A stretch of 39,958 nt of DNA. Source: a virus (Duplodnaviria; Caudoviricetes). Below the pieces are notes generated by a model. It ran no database searches. It saw nothing but the letters and a program-made list of their open reading frames with translations, and had not been told where the DNA came from. Positions within the stretch are counted from its first letter, which is position 1, and every line of letters begins with the position of its first letter. The stretch lies in the IMG/VR virus record IMGVR_UViG_3300042906_000754, positions 1 through 39,958 of that record; one strand, written 5' to 3'. The translations under genes and the position numbers were made by a program. Positions 23,763 to 32,162 of the stretch are shown here, in pieces.

Positions 23763-26462
23763 ATGGGCGACAAAATCTCTCAACTCCCAGCAGCAACAAC
23801 CGTTGATGGAACCGAACTCGTCCCCATCGTTCAAGGAGGCGCCACCAAGAAGGTCACGGGGTCGATTCTCAGATCTCCCGTTGGAGCTGCAGGCGGCGAC
23901 CTTACCGGGACCTTCCCGAATCCGACACTGGCTGCTGTCACAACTGCGCAGATTGGTGTTGGCTCTGGCAGCGCGATTCCTGTTTTGACCGTGGATGCAA
24001 AGGGGCGCGTCACGTCCCTGACCACGGTTGCCAACCCTGCCTTGACGACCGCTCAGATTGCCGGCCTGACCACAAGCACTCCGGCTGCCCTGTCTACCAC
24101 ACCCACGGCAGGGCTGAGCACGTCTGCCGCACGAGCAGACCACGCTCACCTTATGCCCTCTGCTGCCGATGTGGGCGCCCTAGGGGCCACGGCGGCGGCG
24201 GGAGGCGATCTTGTTGGCAACTTTCCGAACCCCACTCTGGCGGCTATCACGACTGCGCAGAGCAACGTCGGTTCATCCTCGGTGGTGCCCGTCCTCAGCG
24301 TAGACGCCAAAGGCCGCGTGACGAGCCTGACGACGGCAGCAGTCCAAGCTGTGTCAACGACTGCCATCACGGCCTTGACTGGAGATGTCACTGCCGCAGG
24401 CCCAGGTTCTGCCGCAGCAACTTTGGCTGCCATCACGACAGCGCAGTCGAATGTGGGCAGCGGAACTTTGATTCCAGTGTTGAGTATCGACGCCAAGGGA
24501 CGTGTGACTGCGCTTTCCAGCACGCCAATTAGCGGCTCTGCTGGGGGCACTGTGACCAGCATTACGGCTGGAACTGGCCTTGATGGTGGCACGATCACCG
24601 CCAGCGGCACGATCTCGCTGGCCAGCCTGACGACCGCTCAGAGCAACGTGGGCAGCGCCTCGCAGGTTCCCGTTCTGTCCATCAACGCCCAGGGGCAGGT
24701 CACTGCGCTGTCTTCTGTTGCGATTACCACTCAGTCTGGAGCCCCGCTTTCAACTGAAGCACCCGCTGCACTGGCCACCGCTCCGGTGGTTGGATTGAGT
24801 TCTGCCGCAGCCCGTGCCGATCACCAGCATGTGTTTCCGACTGCTTCTGAAGTAGGCGCTCTTGGCGCTACCGCGGCGGCCGGCGGAGACTTGACCGGGA
24901 ACTTCCCCAACCCGACCTTGGCTGCGGTTACTACCGCCCAGTCAAACGTAGGTTCTGCAACTGCAATTCCTGTTGTCAGCGTTGATGCTAAGGGAAGAGT
25001 TACTGGGCTGACCACGGTTCAAATCAACGCTCTTACCACGAACGAAATCGCGGGTCTTTCGACAACAACTCCGGCGGCTCTTGCAACCTCGGCCTTTGCT
25101 GGACTAAGCGCGTTTGCAGCTCGCGCTGACCATCAGCATCTTTTGCCAACTGCTTCTGAGATTGGAGCTTTAACCACTGTTCAGATTGCCGGCCTTTCCA
25201 CTGTGGCGCCGGCAGCACTGGCCACTTCTGCCGTAGCTGGATTGAGCTCGTTTGCCGCCCGTGCAGATCATCAGCATGTGTTTCCGACAGCCGCTGAAGT
25301 TGGTGCGCTAGGGGCAACTGCCGCCGCAAGCGGAGACCTGACCGGAAATTACCCTGGGCCAACTCTGGCGGCAATCACAACGGCAAGGACAAACATTGGG
25401 TCTTCCACTGTTGTGCCAGTCCTTAGCATTGACGCAAAAGGTCGTGTTACCAGTCTGACCACTGCCGCCATTTCTGCCGCAACAACATCGGCTATCAGCA
25501 GCCTGACAGGAGATGTTACGGCAACCGGTCCGGGCGCAGCCGCCGCAACGCTCGCAGCCATTACGACCGCCCAGAGTAATGTTGGGAGTGACGTCAACAT
25601 ACCAGTGTTGAGCATTGATGCAAAAGGACGGGTGACTTCACTCTCTTCTGTTGTTGCTGCATTTGTTGTTCAAGGAACTGCGCTTATTGTTGCGGGTGGT
25701 GGAGGCGCTTCTGGCGGCGGAGGCGGGGCTGGTGGATTTATTGAAACTTCAATATCCTTGGTGCCTGGAACAGTTTATACCGCCACCGTTGGGGCTGGCG
25801 GAGCTGGATCATCTTATCCAACACCTGGATCTGTTGGCGCAAATGGAGTCAACTCTTCGTTATCCTCAAACACAGCGATCGGAGGTGGTGGCGGCGGCAA
25901 ATGGGGGCCCGCGGCGCTTAACGCAAATCCTGGTCAAAATGGCGGATCTGGCGGAGGCGCAGGCACTAATACAACGACAGGACAGTCTTCTTCAGGTGGT
26001 TCTGGAACAGTTGGACAAGGAAACAATGGAGGCGCAACTCCAGGTCTTAGTGGAAGTCCAAGTGGAGGAGGCGGAGGAGCGGGTGCGGTTGGCGCAGCGG
26101 GAACTTCAACATCCGGCGGAAATGGTGGCGTTGGCCTTCAGTCTAGCATTACTGGATCAGCGACATTTTATGCTGGCGGCGGCGGCGGGGCGTTTGGAGG
26201 TGCAACTCAGGGAACTGGAGGATCTGGAGGAGGAGGAACTGCTGCACAAACCACAGGAGGTGCAGGAACAGCAAATACAGGCGGCGGCGGAGGCGGGGCT
26301 TGGGGATCTCCTGCAACTGGTGGAAACGGTGGCTCTGGAGTTGTGATTCTTTCAATTCCAACTTCAAAATACACCGGAGTCACCACCGGATCTCCAACCG
26401 TTACGACGTCCGGGTCAAACACAATCATCAAGTTTACATCATCCGGAACTTACACGGCTTAA
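23763..26462 (+). CDS. Long tail fibre with internal repeats and Gly-rich C-terminal domain
   Basis: KISQLPAA N-terminus; 7 DAKGRVT-type repeats; 4 ARADHxH repeats; GGGGG-rich tip ending GGSGVVIL...FTSSGT. Confidence 0.8.
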   Translation: MGDKISQLPAATTVDGTELVPIVQGGATKKVTGSILRSPVGAAGGDLTGTFPNPTLAAVTTAQIGVGSGSAIPVLTVDAKGRVTSLTTVANPALTTAQIAGLTTSTPAALSTTPTAGLSTSAARADHAHLMPSAADVGALGATAAAGGDLVGNFPNPTLAAITTAQSNVGSSSVVPVLSVDAKGRVTSLTTAAVQAVSTTAITALTGDVTAAGPGSAAATLAAITTAQSNVGSGTLIPVLSIDAKGRVTALSSTPISGSAGGTVTSITAGTGLDGGTITASGTISLASLTTAQSNVGSASQVPVLSINAQGQVTALSSVAITTQSGAPLSTEAPAALATAPVVGLSSAAARADHQHVFPTASEVGALGATAAAGGDLTGNFPNPTLAAVTTAQSNVGSATAIPVVSVDAKGRVTGLTTVQINALTTNEIAGLSTTTPAALATSAFAGLSAFAARADHQHLLPTASEIGALTTVQIAGLSTVAPAALATSAVAGLSSFAARADHQHVFPTAAEVGALGATAAASGDLTGNYPGPTLAAITTARTNIGSSTVVPVLSIDAKGRVTSLTTAAISAATTSAISSLTGDVTATGPGAAAATLAAITTAQSNVGSDVNIPVLSIDAKGRVTSLSSVVAAFVVQGTALIVAGGGGASGGGGGAGGFIETSISLVPGTVYTATVGAGGAGSSYPTPGSVGANGVNSSLSSNTAIGGGGGGKWGPAALNANPGQNGGSGGGAGTNTTTGQSSSGGSGTVGQGNNGGATPGLSGSPSGGGGGAGAVGAAGTSTSGGNGGVGLQSSITGSATFYAGGGGGAFGGATQGTGGSGGGGTAAQTTGGAGTANTGGGGGGAWGSPATGGNGGSGVVILSIPTSKYTGVTTGSPTVTTSGSNTIIKFTSSGTYTA

Positions 26463-26465
26463 TTT

Positions 26466-26840
26466 ATGGCTCACTTTGCAAAAGTTCTAAATGGCACGGT
26501 CATAAATGTGATCGTGGCCGAACCAGAGTTCTTTAGCACGTTCATTGACTCGTCTCCTGGCCAGTGGCTGCAAACCAGCTACAACACCCGCGGAAACGTG
26601 CATTACGGTCCGGATGGCCAACCAGACGGGGGCGTTCCGCTCAGGGCCAACTACGCCGGAGTTGGCTACACATACAACAGCGAGCACGATGTGTTTTACG
26701 CTCCTCAACCTTTCCCGTCTTGGATCTTGTCTCAAACAAGCTGGCTGTGGGAGCCTCCGGTTCCGTATCCTACGGACGGAAAGTTGTACCAGTGGGACGA
26801 ATCCATGACGGCGTGGGTGGAAATTGCAGAACAGGTTTAA
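26466..26840 (+). CDS. Fibre-associated conserved protein (possible assembly chaperone)
   Basis: MAHFAK...WLQTSYN...NYAG.GY.Y...P.PFPSW family, commonly next to Gly-rich fibres. Confidence 0.7.
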   Translation: MAHFAKVLNGTVINVIVAEPEFFSTFIDSSPGQWLQTSYNTRGNVHYGPDGQPDGGVPLRANYAGVGYTYNSEHDVFYAPQPFPSWILSQTSWLWEPPVPYPTDGKLYQWDESMTAWVEIAEQV

Positions 26841-26843
26841 TTT

Positions 26844-27941
26844 ATGGCTGACATCAAGATCTCCGAACTTCCAGCCGCGGCGTCCGTAGCAACAACGGAC
26901 GTCTTGGTGGTGAACCAAGGCACGACCACCCGGAAGGCAACGGTCTCCCAGGCCCTTGCCGGCACGCTGACGACGGCCCAGATCGCCGGGCTGGCCACTA
27001 CGGCGCCAGCAGCCTTGGCAACGGCTCCAGTCGTCGGCCTGAGTCAGTTTGCGGCCCGTGCGGACCATCAGCATCTGCGCCCTTCTTTGGCTGATCTTGG
27101 CGCGCAAGCTGCGCTGACGACCTCGGCGCCGCTGTCATTCAGCCAGGGTGGCACGAGTAACATTGCCTACACGGATGGGCAGCTTCTTATCGGGAACACT
27201 GCCACTGGCGGGCTTTCCAAGGCTGCACTGACTGCTGGCAGCAATGTCACGATCACCAACGGAAATGGCAGCATTTCGATTGCTGCTACTGGAGGAAATG
27301 AAGCTGCCGGAAGTTTTTATGAGTTCTTTGAGCAGTTTTTGGGCACAACTTCACTCTCTGGAAATCTGACGTTTGGAGTCACTGGGGGCACAAACTCACA
27401 GGCAAATTCTGGTTTTGGAGTCGTCGCGATGTCTACGGGAACGGCAGCCGCTGTTACACAGCAAGCTCGGTTAAACCAAGCTGGGAATGTCTCATTAATA
27501 GGCAACTCTGCGGCGCGTGTAATTTTTCGCGCTGGACAAAGCGGACCTACTTGGTTTGACGGAACTCTTACAGGCGCTTTCCGCTGCGGCTGGGGAGATT
27601 CAATCACGGCTGAATCAGCAAACGGCATTTATTTTCGCGTTCAAAACGGACAAGCGATTGATTTTGTCACAAAGGCCGCAAATGTTGAAACCGTCACCGC
27701 AACAGGTGTTTCCTTTTCGCCAAACACGTTTCAATCTTTGGAAATTTTGATCAACGCAGCGGGCACTCAGATCACAGCAAAAATTGACGGATCAACCGTA
27801 GCAACGCACACCACCAACATCCCGACGGCTCGCGTATTTTTCTTCGCACACATCAACCGCACGGCGGCGATTGGAACGGCGGTGGTCGCAAACATCGATT
27901 TTGTGTATCTCAAAGTGACTCCAGCAACGCCATTCTTTTAA
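26844..27941 (+). CDS. Second tail fibre / receptor-binding protein
   Basis: Shares the KISELPAA N-terminus and an ARADHQH repeat with fibre 1; beta-rich C-terminus. Confidence 0.7.
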   Translation: MADIKISELPAAASVATTDVLVVNQGTTTRKATVSQALAGTLTTAQIAGLATTAPAALATAPVVGLSQFAARADHQHLRPSLADLGAQAALTTSAPLSFSQGGTSNIAYTDGQLLIGNTATGGLSKAALTAGSNVTITNGNGSISIAATGGNEAAGSFYEFFEQFLGTTSLSGNLTFGVTGGTNSQANSGFGVVAMSTGTAAAVTQQARLNQAGNVSLIGNSAARVIFRAGQSGPTWFDGTLTGAFRCGWGDSITAESANGIYFRVQNGQAIDFVTKAANVETVTATGVSFSPNTFQSLEILINAAGTQITAKIDGSTVATHTTNIPTARVFFFAHINRTAAIGTAVVANIDFVYLKVTPATPFF

Positions 27942-27944
27942 CAA

Positions 27945-28088
27945 ATGACTACAGTCTACCGCATTGTTCATCCAAATGGCTGGGTTGAGTTCATAGACCA
28001 AGCAGAGGCAGGGGCATATCGCGACAGTCACCATGCTGGTTGCGAGATCCAAGAGCTTCAAAGAAACTTGTCTGAAGATGCCTCGTAA
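27945..28088 (+). CDS. Small hypothetical protein (47 aa)
   Basis: Translated by hand: MTTVYRIVHPNGWVEFIDQAEA...; fills the intergenic gap. Confidence 0.55.
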   Translation: MTTVYRIVHPNGWVEFIDQAEAGAYRDSHHAGCEIQELQRNLSEDAS

Positions 28089-28350
28089 ATCTACATCCCT
28101 ATCTGTTGGTCGCGGCGAGAAGCTGCCTGTGTCCAAAGGTGCCGGTCTCACTGCCAAAGGCAGGGCCAAGTACAACCGGGAGACTGGCAGCAACCTCAAG
28201 GCTCCAGCCCCGAACCCCAAGACCAAGGCTGATGCAGCCCGGAAAAAGTCCTTCTGTGCCAGGATGAGCGGGATGCCAGGCCCCATGAAGGATGCCAAGG
28301 GTAATCCCACCCGGAAGGCTGCAAGTCTCAAACGCTGGAACTGCCGATGA
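28078..28350 (+). CDS. Small basic conserved phage protein (DUF6321-like)
   Basis: GLTAKGRAKYN.ETGSNLKAP...RKKSFCARMSG...W.C. Confidence 0.75.
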   Translation: MPRKSTSLSVGRGEKLPVSKGAGLTAKGRAKYNRETGSNLKAPAPNPKTKADAARKKSFCARMSGMPGPMKDAKGNPTRKAASLKRWNCR

Positions 28351-28493
28351 AAAAGGGACTCTACGCCAACATCCACGCCAAACGCGAGCGCATCGCAGCC
28401 GGCAGCAAGGAACGCATGCGCAAGCCGGGATCGAAGGGAGCCCCCACTGCCGCGGCGTTCAGAGCGTCTGCAAAGACTGCCAAGAAAAAGTAG
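28347..28493 (+). CDS. Small basic conserved phage protein (48 aa)
   Basis: Translated by hand: MKKGLYANIHAKRERIAAGSKERMRKPGSKGAPTAAAFRASAKTAKKK. Confidence 0.75.
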   Translation: MKKGLYANIHAKRERIAAGSKERMRKPGSKGAPTAAAFRASAKTAKKK

Positions 28494-28502
28494 CGGAATT
28501 TT

Positions 28503-28667
28503 ATGGAAAAGTTCATCTCGCACATGCTTGATCAAGTGGCAGGCCAAGGCTTGTCCATGGCCTTCACCATCGTTGCCGTCTGGTATCTGTACGGCAAAAT
28601 CAAGGAATGCGAGGCGGATCGCAAAGCCCTTTGGGAACGACTGTTCGAACACACCGAATCAAAATGA
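28503..28667 (+). CDS. Single-TM membrane protein, holin/antiholin candidate
   Basis: Translated by hand: ...GLSMAFTIVAVWYLY... followed by a charged helix; start of lysis cassette. Confidence 0.55.
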   Translation: MEKFISHMLDQVAGQGLSMAFTIVAVWYLYGKIKECEADRKALWERLFEHTESK

Positions 28668-28840
28668 GCATCCTCAAATCCTACCTCAAACAACCTTCAA
28701 CCTGGCTTGGACTTGCGAAAGTTGGCGCGGCGATCGGGATCTACTCTACGGGGATTGGGAACGCTATTGCGACGGCTGTTGTCAGCATTTTCGGGATCAT
28801 CGACGTCATCCGCAATGAATCCGGGAAACCCCAACTTTGA
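28664..28840 (+). CDS. Holin candidate (2 TM)
   Basis: LKQPSTWLGL plus two hydrophobic segments; overlaps the endolysin start. Confidence 0.7.
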   Translation: MSILKSYLKQPSTWLGLAKVGAAIGIYSTGIGNAIATAVVSIFGIIDVIRNESGKPQL

Positions 28841-29351
28841 ACGGTCTCTGGCGTTCGTTCTGGACGCTGAAGGAGGTTTTTCCAATCACCCGCACGACAA
28901 GGGCGGGAAGACCAACAAGGGCATCCTTCAGCGCGAGTACGACGTCTACCGGGACAACAAGCAGGAGGACCGTCGCTCCGTGCGGGAGATCTCCGACGAG
29001 GAGCTCGAGGACATCTACTACAACGACTACTGGGTCGCCGGCCGGTGCTACAAGTTCCCGTGGCCGCTGTGCGTTGTCCACTTCGATGGCTGTGTTCTCA
29101 CCGGGGTAGGACAGGCCGGCAAGTTCCTGCAACGGGCCGTGGGGGCCAAGGATGATGGCGCCATCGGGCCAAAGACGATGATGGCCTACGAGGACAGGGT
29201 CAAGGCTGTGGGGGTGCAGGCCATCTGCGACTCGATCATGGAGCAGCGGGACGGGTTCTACAAGCTGCTGGCCCAAAAGGACAGCACACAGAACTCTTTC
29301 AAACAGGGCTGGCTAAATCGCTTGGAAAACCTTAAAAACCACATCGCATGA
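28815..29351 (+). CDS. Endolysin, glycoside hydrolase family 108 with peptidoglycan-binding C-terminus
   Basis: EGGFSNHPHDKGGKTNKGI, DGAIGPKT, GWLNR. Confidence 0.9.
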   Translation: MNPGNPNFERSLAFVLDAEGGFSNHPHDKGGKTNKGILQREYDVYRDNKQEDRRSVREISDEELEDIYYNDYWVAGRCYKFPWPLCVVHFDGCVLTGVGQAGKFLQRAVGAKDDGAIGPKTMMAYEDRVKAVGVQAICDSIMEQRDGFYKLLAQKDSTQNSFKQGWLNRLENLKNHIA

Positions 29352-29590
29352 GCAAGCTCACAATCGCACTGGGATCACTTTTTGGAAACACCGGCAAGCA
29401 GTACTGCCCGGACTGCGGTTGCGACATGAAGTCCAACGGCACCTGCCCGGACTGCGGTTATGGTGAGGAAGAGGGCGGTGAGGACGAAGGCGAAGAGGAA
29501 GGCATGGACATGCAGGCCCTTATCGACCTCAAGAACGACCTTCAGCGCGTGATGGAGAAGATCGACAGGCTGATCGTCAATGGCGACTAA
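29348..29590 (+). CDS. Small zinc-ribbon/acidic protein
   Basis: Two CPDCG motifs, Glu-rich linker, short coiled coil. Confidence 0.6.
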   Translation: MSKLTIALGSLFGNTGKQYCPDCGCDMKSNGTCPDCGYGEEEGGEDEGEEEGMDMQALIDLKNDLQRVMEKIDRLIVNGD

Positions 29591-31718
29591 CGAGACACAG
29601 ATTGTAAGCGATGGGGACGCCTGGTTCACTGGTTATGCGAGCCGGCTAGACCCGTCCAACTTGCCGGAGAAGACCTTGCAGGAGTCCTCGAACATGAGGC
29701 TCCAGCGAGGGACTGCCACAATCCGTCTCGGCGCCCAGAGGCTGAATGGTTACCTGACCGACAACCGGATCGGGGAGGTCCACAGTACCACGACCTACAC
29801 AAACCCATCGACGGGGGATGAGTACATTCTGATGGTTTTGGGTGGAGGAATCCTGCTGTGCTATCAGGATGGGACGACCTACAAGTACATCCAATTCACC
29901 TACTCGACGAATGTCAACCCGGCTACGGCAGCCTATCCTGTCATCAACCTAGGCGACGAGGTGCAGGCCATTCAGGCCCTGAACAAGGTGTACATCCTGC
30001 GTGGGGCAGCCACCACGCCAGCGGCACCGGTCACCTTCACAAACGCGGCTATCCCAAACAACACATGGGGCACATTTACAGTCAGTGGGTTTCCTTGGAG
30101 GAAATGGACGTCAATACCATATGTTGTAGACCCTCTTGATTCTTCGTACATTACACTTACGATTCCAAGGGATCATGGATTTTCAATAGGAGATTTGCTT
30201 GTAATTTATTCACCGCAAAATTTCGGTGGAACAATTTTTGAAATAACAAACACAACAATAAAAATTGATACCGGAAATCAAGGCGTGGTCATCCCATCAA
30301 CCGGGGTGCTTTCATTCATGCTTTACGATGATTTGTACGGCACTGAGTTTATCGTACAGAGCACCCATGTGCCGCGTTTCAATGGCACTTATCCGGTTCA
30401 GAATGTTTCAACAATTACCACAACCGGAGCGGTAACATTTCATTTCTTTAACGGCACTGGCAGCAATATCTCTGCGCACACCAACCAGTCCGGAATGACG
30501 CTGCTTCAGGCGAAAAGCCCGATTGTCTGGGATGGCGTGTCCACAACGGCGTCTCCGGTCAACCAGACGGCCGTAATGACGAGCACCACAGCCAAGGTGC
30601 CACCGGCCGACTTCGGGATCTACTTTCAGAACCGGTTGGTGCTGAAGACCAGCGACCACTACATCGCTGTGAGCGACATCTTGAGCGACACGTTCGACAT
30701 GCAGCTCAACAACTTCAACATCAACCTGGGCAGCGGGGATGACATCATCGGGTTCCTGCCGTGGATTCAGAACCAGTTTCTGATCTTCATGCGCCGGGCC
30801 ATCTACATTGCGTTTGTAGAGACCACTAGCTACGTCTCCGGGCCTCCAGGATCCAACAGCAGCATCACGGTGGTGACCAACGAAGTGGGCTGCCTTTCCC
30901 GGCGCAGCATCGTCAACGCCGGCCAGTTCGTGTTCTTCCTGTCCTCGAAAGGCGTCCACATGCTGACGCCGCAGTTGGACCTCAAACTCCTTGGCAACAC
31001 CCAGCCCTTGAGCGAGCCGATTGCCGACCTGTTCGAGCGTCTCAACTACAACTCTTCCAACCACTGCGCCGCGGCCTACCACGCCAACAGGTTCTACCTG
31101 AGCCTGCCGATTGACGGCAGCCGGTACAATAACCGTGTGGTGGTCTACAACACGCTCAACGCCCAGTGGGAGTCTCTGGACCAGTATCCCAGCGGCATGC
31201 ACGTTGACGAGTGGTTTACCTGCGCCTACGGGACTGAAAGGCGCCTGATGGCCGGATGCAGGATCTGGTCTGGCTGGATGAGCGGAGATGCCATAAACAT
31301 CACCGACAGCGCAGGCGTTGCCCTGTTTGAAGAGGTGCTGGACTTTGACCAGTGGCAGTACGTCTACGATGAGCCAAACTACGAGATTGAGCCGACTGCC
31401 ATTCTGGGCTCCATGCGGACGCGGGAGTACGCTTTCAACGCCGTGGATGGAAAGCAGTTTACCAGAGCCCAGGTGGCCTTTGACAACCCGGTTGGCAGCA
31501 ACGTGCAGATCTTTGCCAACACGCATGATCCGGACGTTACGGAGATGATTCTGGACTACACGTTTGAGACGTCCGGAGATGCAACGCTGCGGCCGAGAAT
31601 CGGCTCAAGAGGTGCCGCTATTGATTTGCGTATAAATATCCTGAGTGGATCTCCGTTTGTGAAAACCATTCAGGTCAGCGCATTCACTGCTGACAGGCCG
31701 ATGATTTCCCAAGAATAA
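29580..31718 (+). CDS. Putative tail nozzle (tail tubular protein B / P22 gp10-like)
   Basis: 712 aa beta-rich; YFQNRL, GCLSRRSIV, FFLS..GV, LSEPI motifs; precedes the ejection genes. Confidence 0.7.
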   Translation: MATNETQIVSDGDAWFTGYASRLDPSNLPEKTLQESSNMRLQRGTATIRLGAQRLNGYLTDNRIGEVHSTTTYTNPSTGDEYILMVLGGGILLCYQDGTTYKYIQFTYSTNVNPATAAYPVINLGDEVQAIQALNKVYILRGAATTPAAPVTFTNAAIPNNTWGTFTVSGFPWRKWTSIPYVVDPLDSSYITLTIPRDHGFSIGDLLVIYSPQNFGGTIFEITNTTIKIDTGNQGVVIPSTGVLSFMLYDDLYGTEFIVQSTHVPRFNGTYPVQNVSTITTTGAVTFHFFNGTGSNISAHTNQSGMTLLQAKSPIVWDGVSTTASPVNQTAVMTSTTAKVPPADFGIYFQNRLVLKTSDHYIAVSDILSDTFDMQLNNFNINLGSGDDIIGFLPWIQNQFLIFMRRAIYIAFVETTSYVSGPPGSNSSITVVTNEVGCLSRRSIVNAGQFVFFLSSKGVHMLTPQLDLKLLGNTQPLSEPIADLFERLNYNSSNHCAAAYHANRFYLSLPIDGSRYNNRVVVYNTLNAQWESLDQYPSGMHVDEWFTCAYGTERRLMAGCRIWSGWMSGDAINITDSAGVALFEEVLDFDQWQYVYDEPNYEIEPTAILGSMRTREYAFNAVDGKQFTRAQVAFDNPVGSNVQIFANTHDPDVTEMILDYTFETSGDATLRPRIGSRGAAIDLRINILSGSPFVKTIQVSAFTADRPMISQE

Positions 31719-31721
31719 CAA

Positions 31722-32159
31722 ATGGACTATTGCAGCAAGCCAGAAGAAGTATCTGCAAATCCAGAAGCATTTGGACTGTTTGTGTTAATAGCAAATGGTA
31801 ATGAATGTGCTTTTGATTTCATATGGAGATGCTGGAACTTCTTTCATTTGCTGGACGATTTAATCGACAAGGATAAACCTGTCACAATTCAAGAAACATC
31901 AAGAGAGTTATTTCTGTTTACGCAAACAATCGCGTTAAATCCATTTTTCCAAGAACATAAATTCAGCCTGCTTCCAATGATATTGAATGCCTGTAATGGC
32001 TGGATCTCCGGAGAAGAGGCATCAGAGGAAAACAGGCAGTATGCCCCGGTATTGAAATGCAGCGATTTTAACATTTATTCTCATGTTGCTTTTCTTGTTG
32101 GAGGTTGGGAGCACATGAGGTATGTTGACTCAAAATTCAGAACCTACGATAAGGAGTAA
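31722..32159 (+). CDS. Hypothetical helical protein with DDxxD motif
   Basis: FHLLDDLIDKD; AT-rich compared with neighbours. Confidence 0.65.
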   Translation: MDYCSKPEEVSANPEAFGLFVLIANGNECAFDFIWRCWNFFHLLDDLIDKDKPVTIQETSRELFLFTQTIALNPFFQEHKFSLLPMILNACNGWISGEEASEENRQYAPVLKCSDFNIYSHVAFLVGGWEHMRYVDSKFRTYDKE

Positions 32160-32162
32160 CTT

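Noticed and set aside
23763-27941. Diversity-generating retroelement acting on the fibres
   Set aside because: No reverse transcriptase and no adenine-specific TR/VR pair noticed; repeats differ mostly at synonymous sites.
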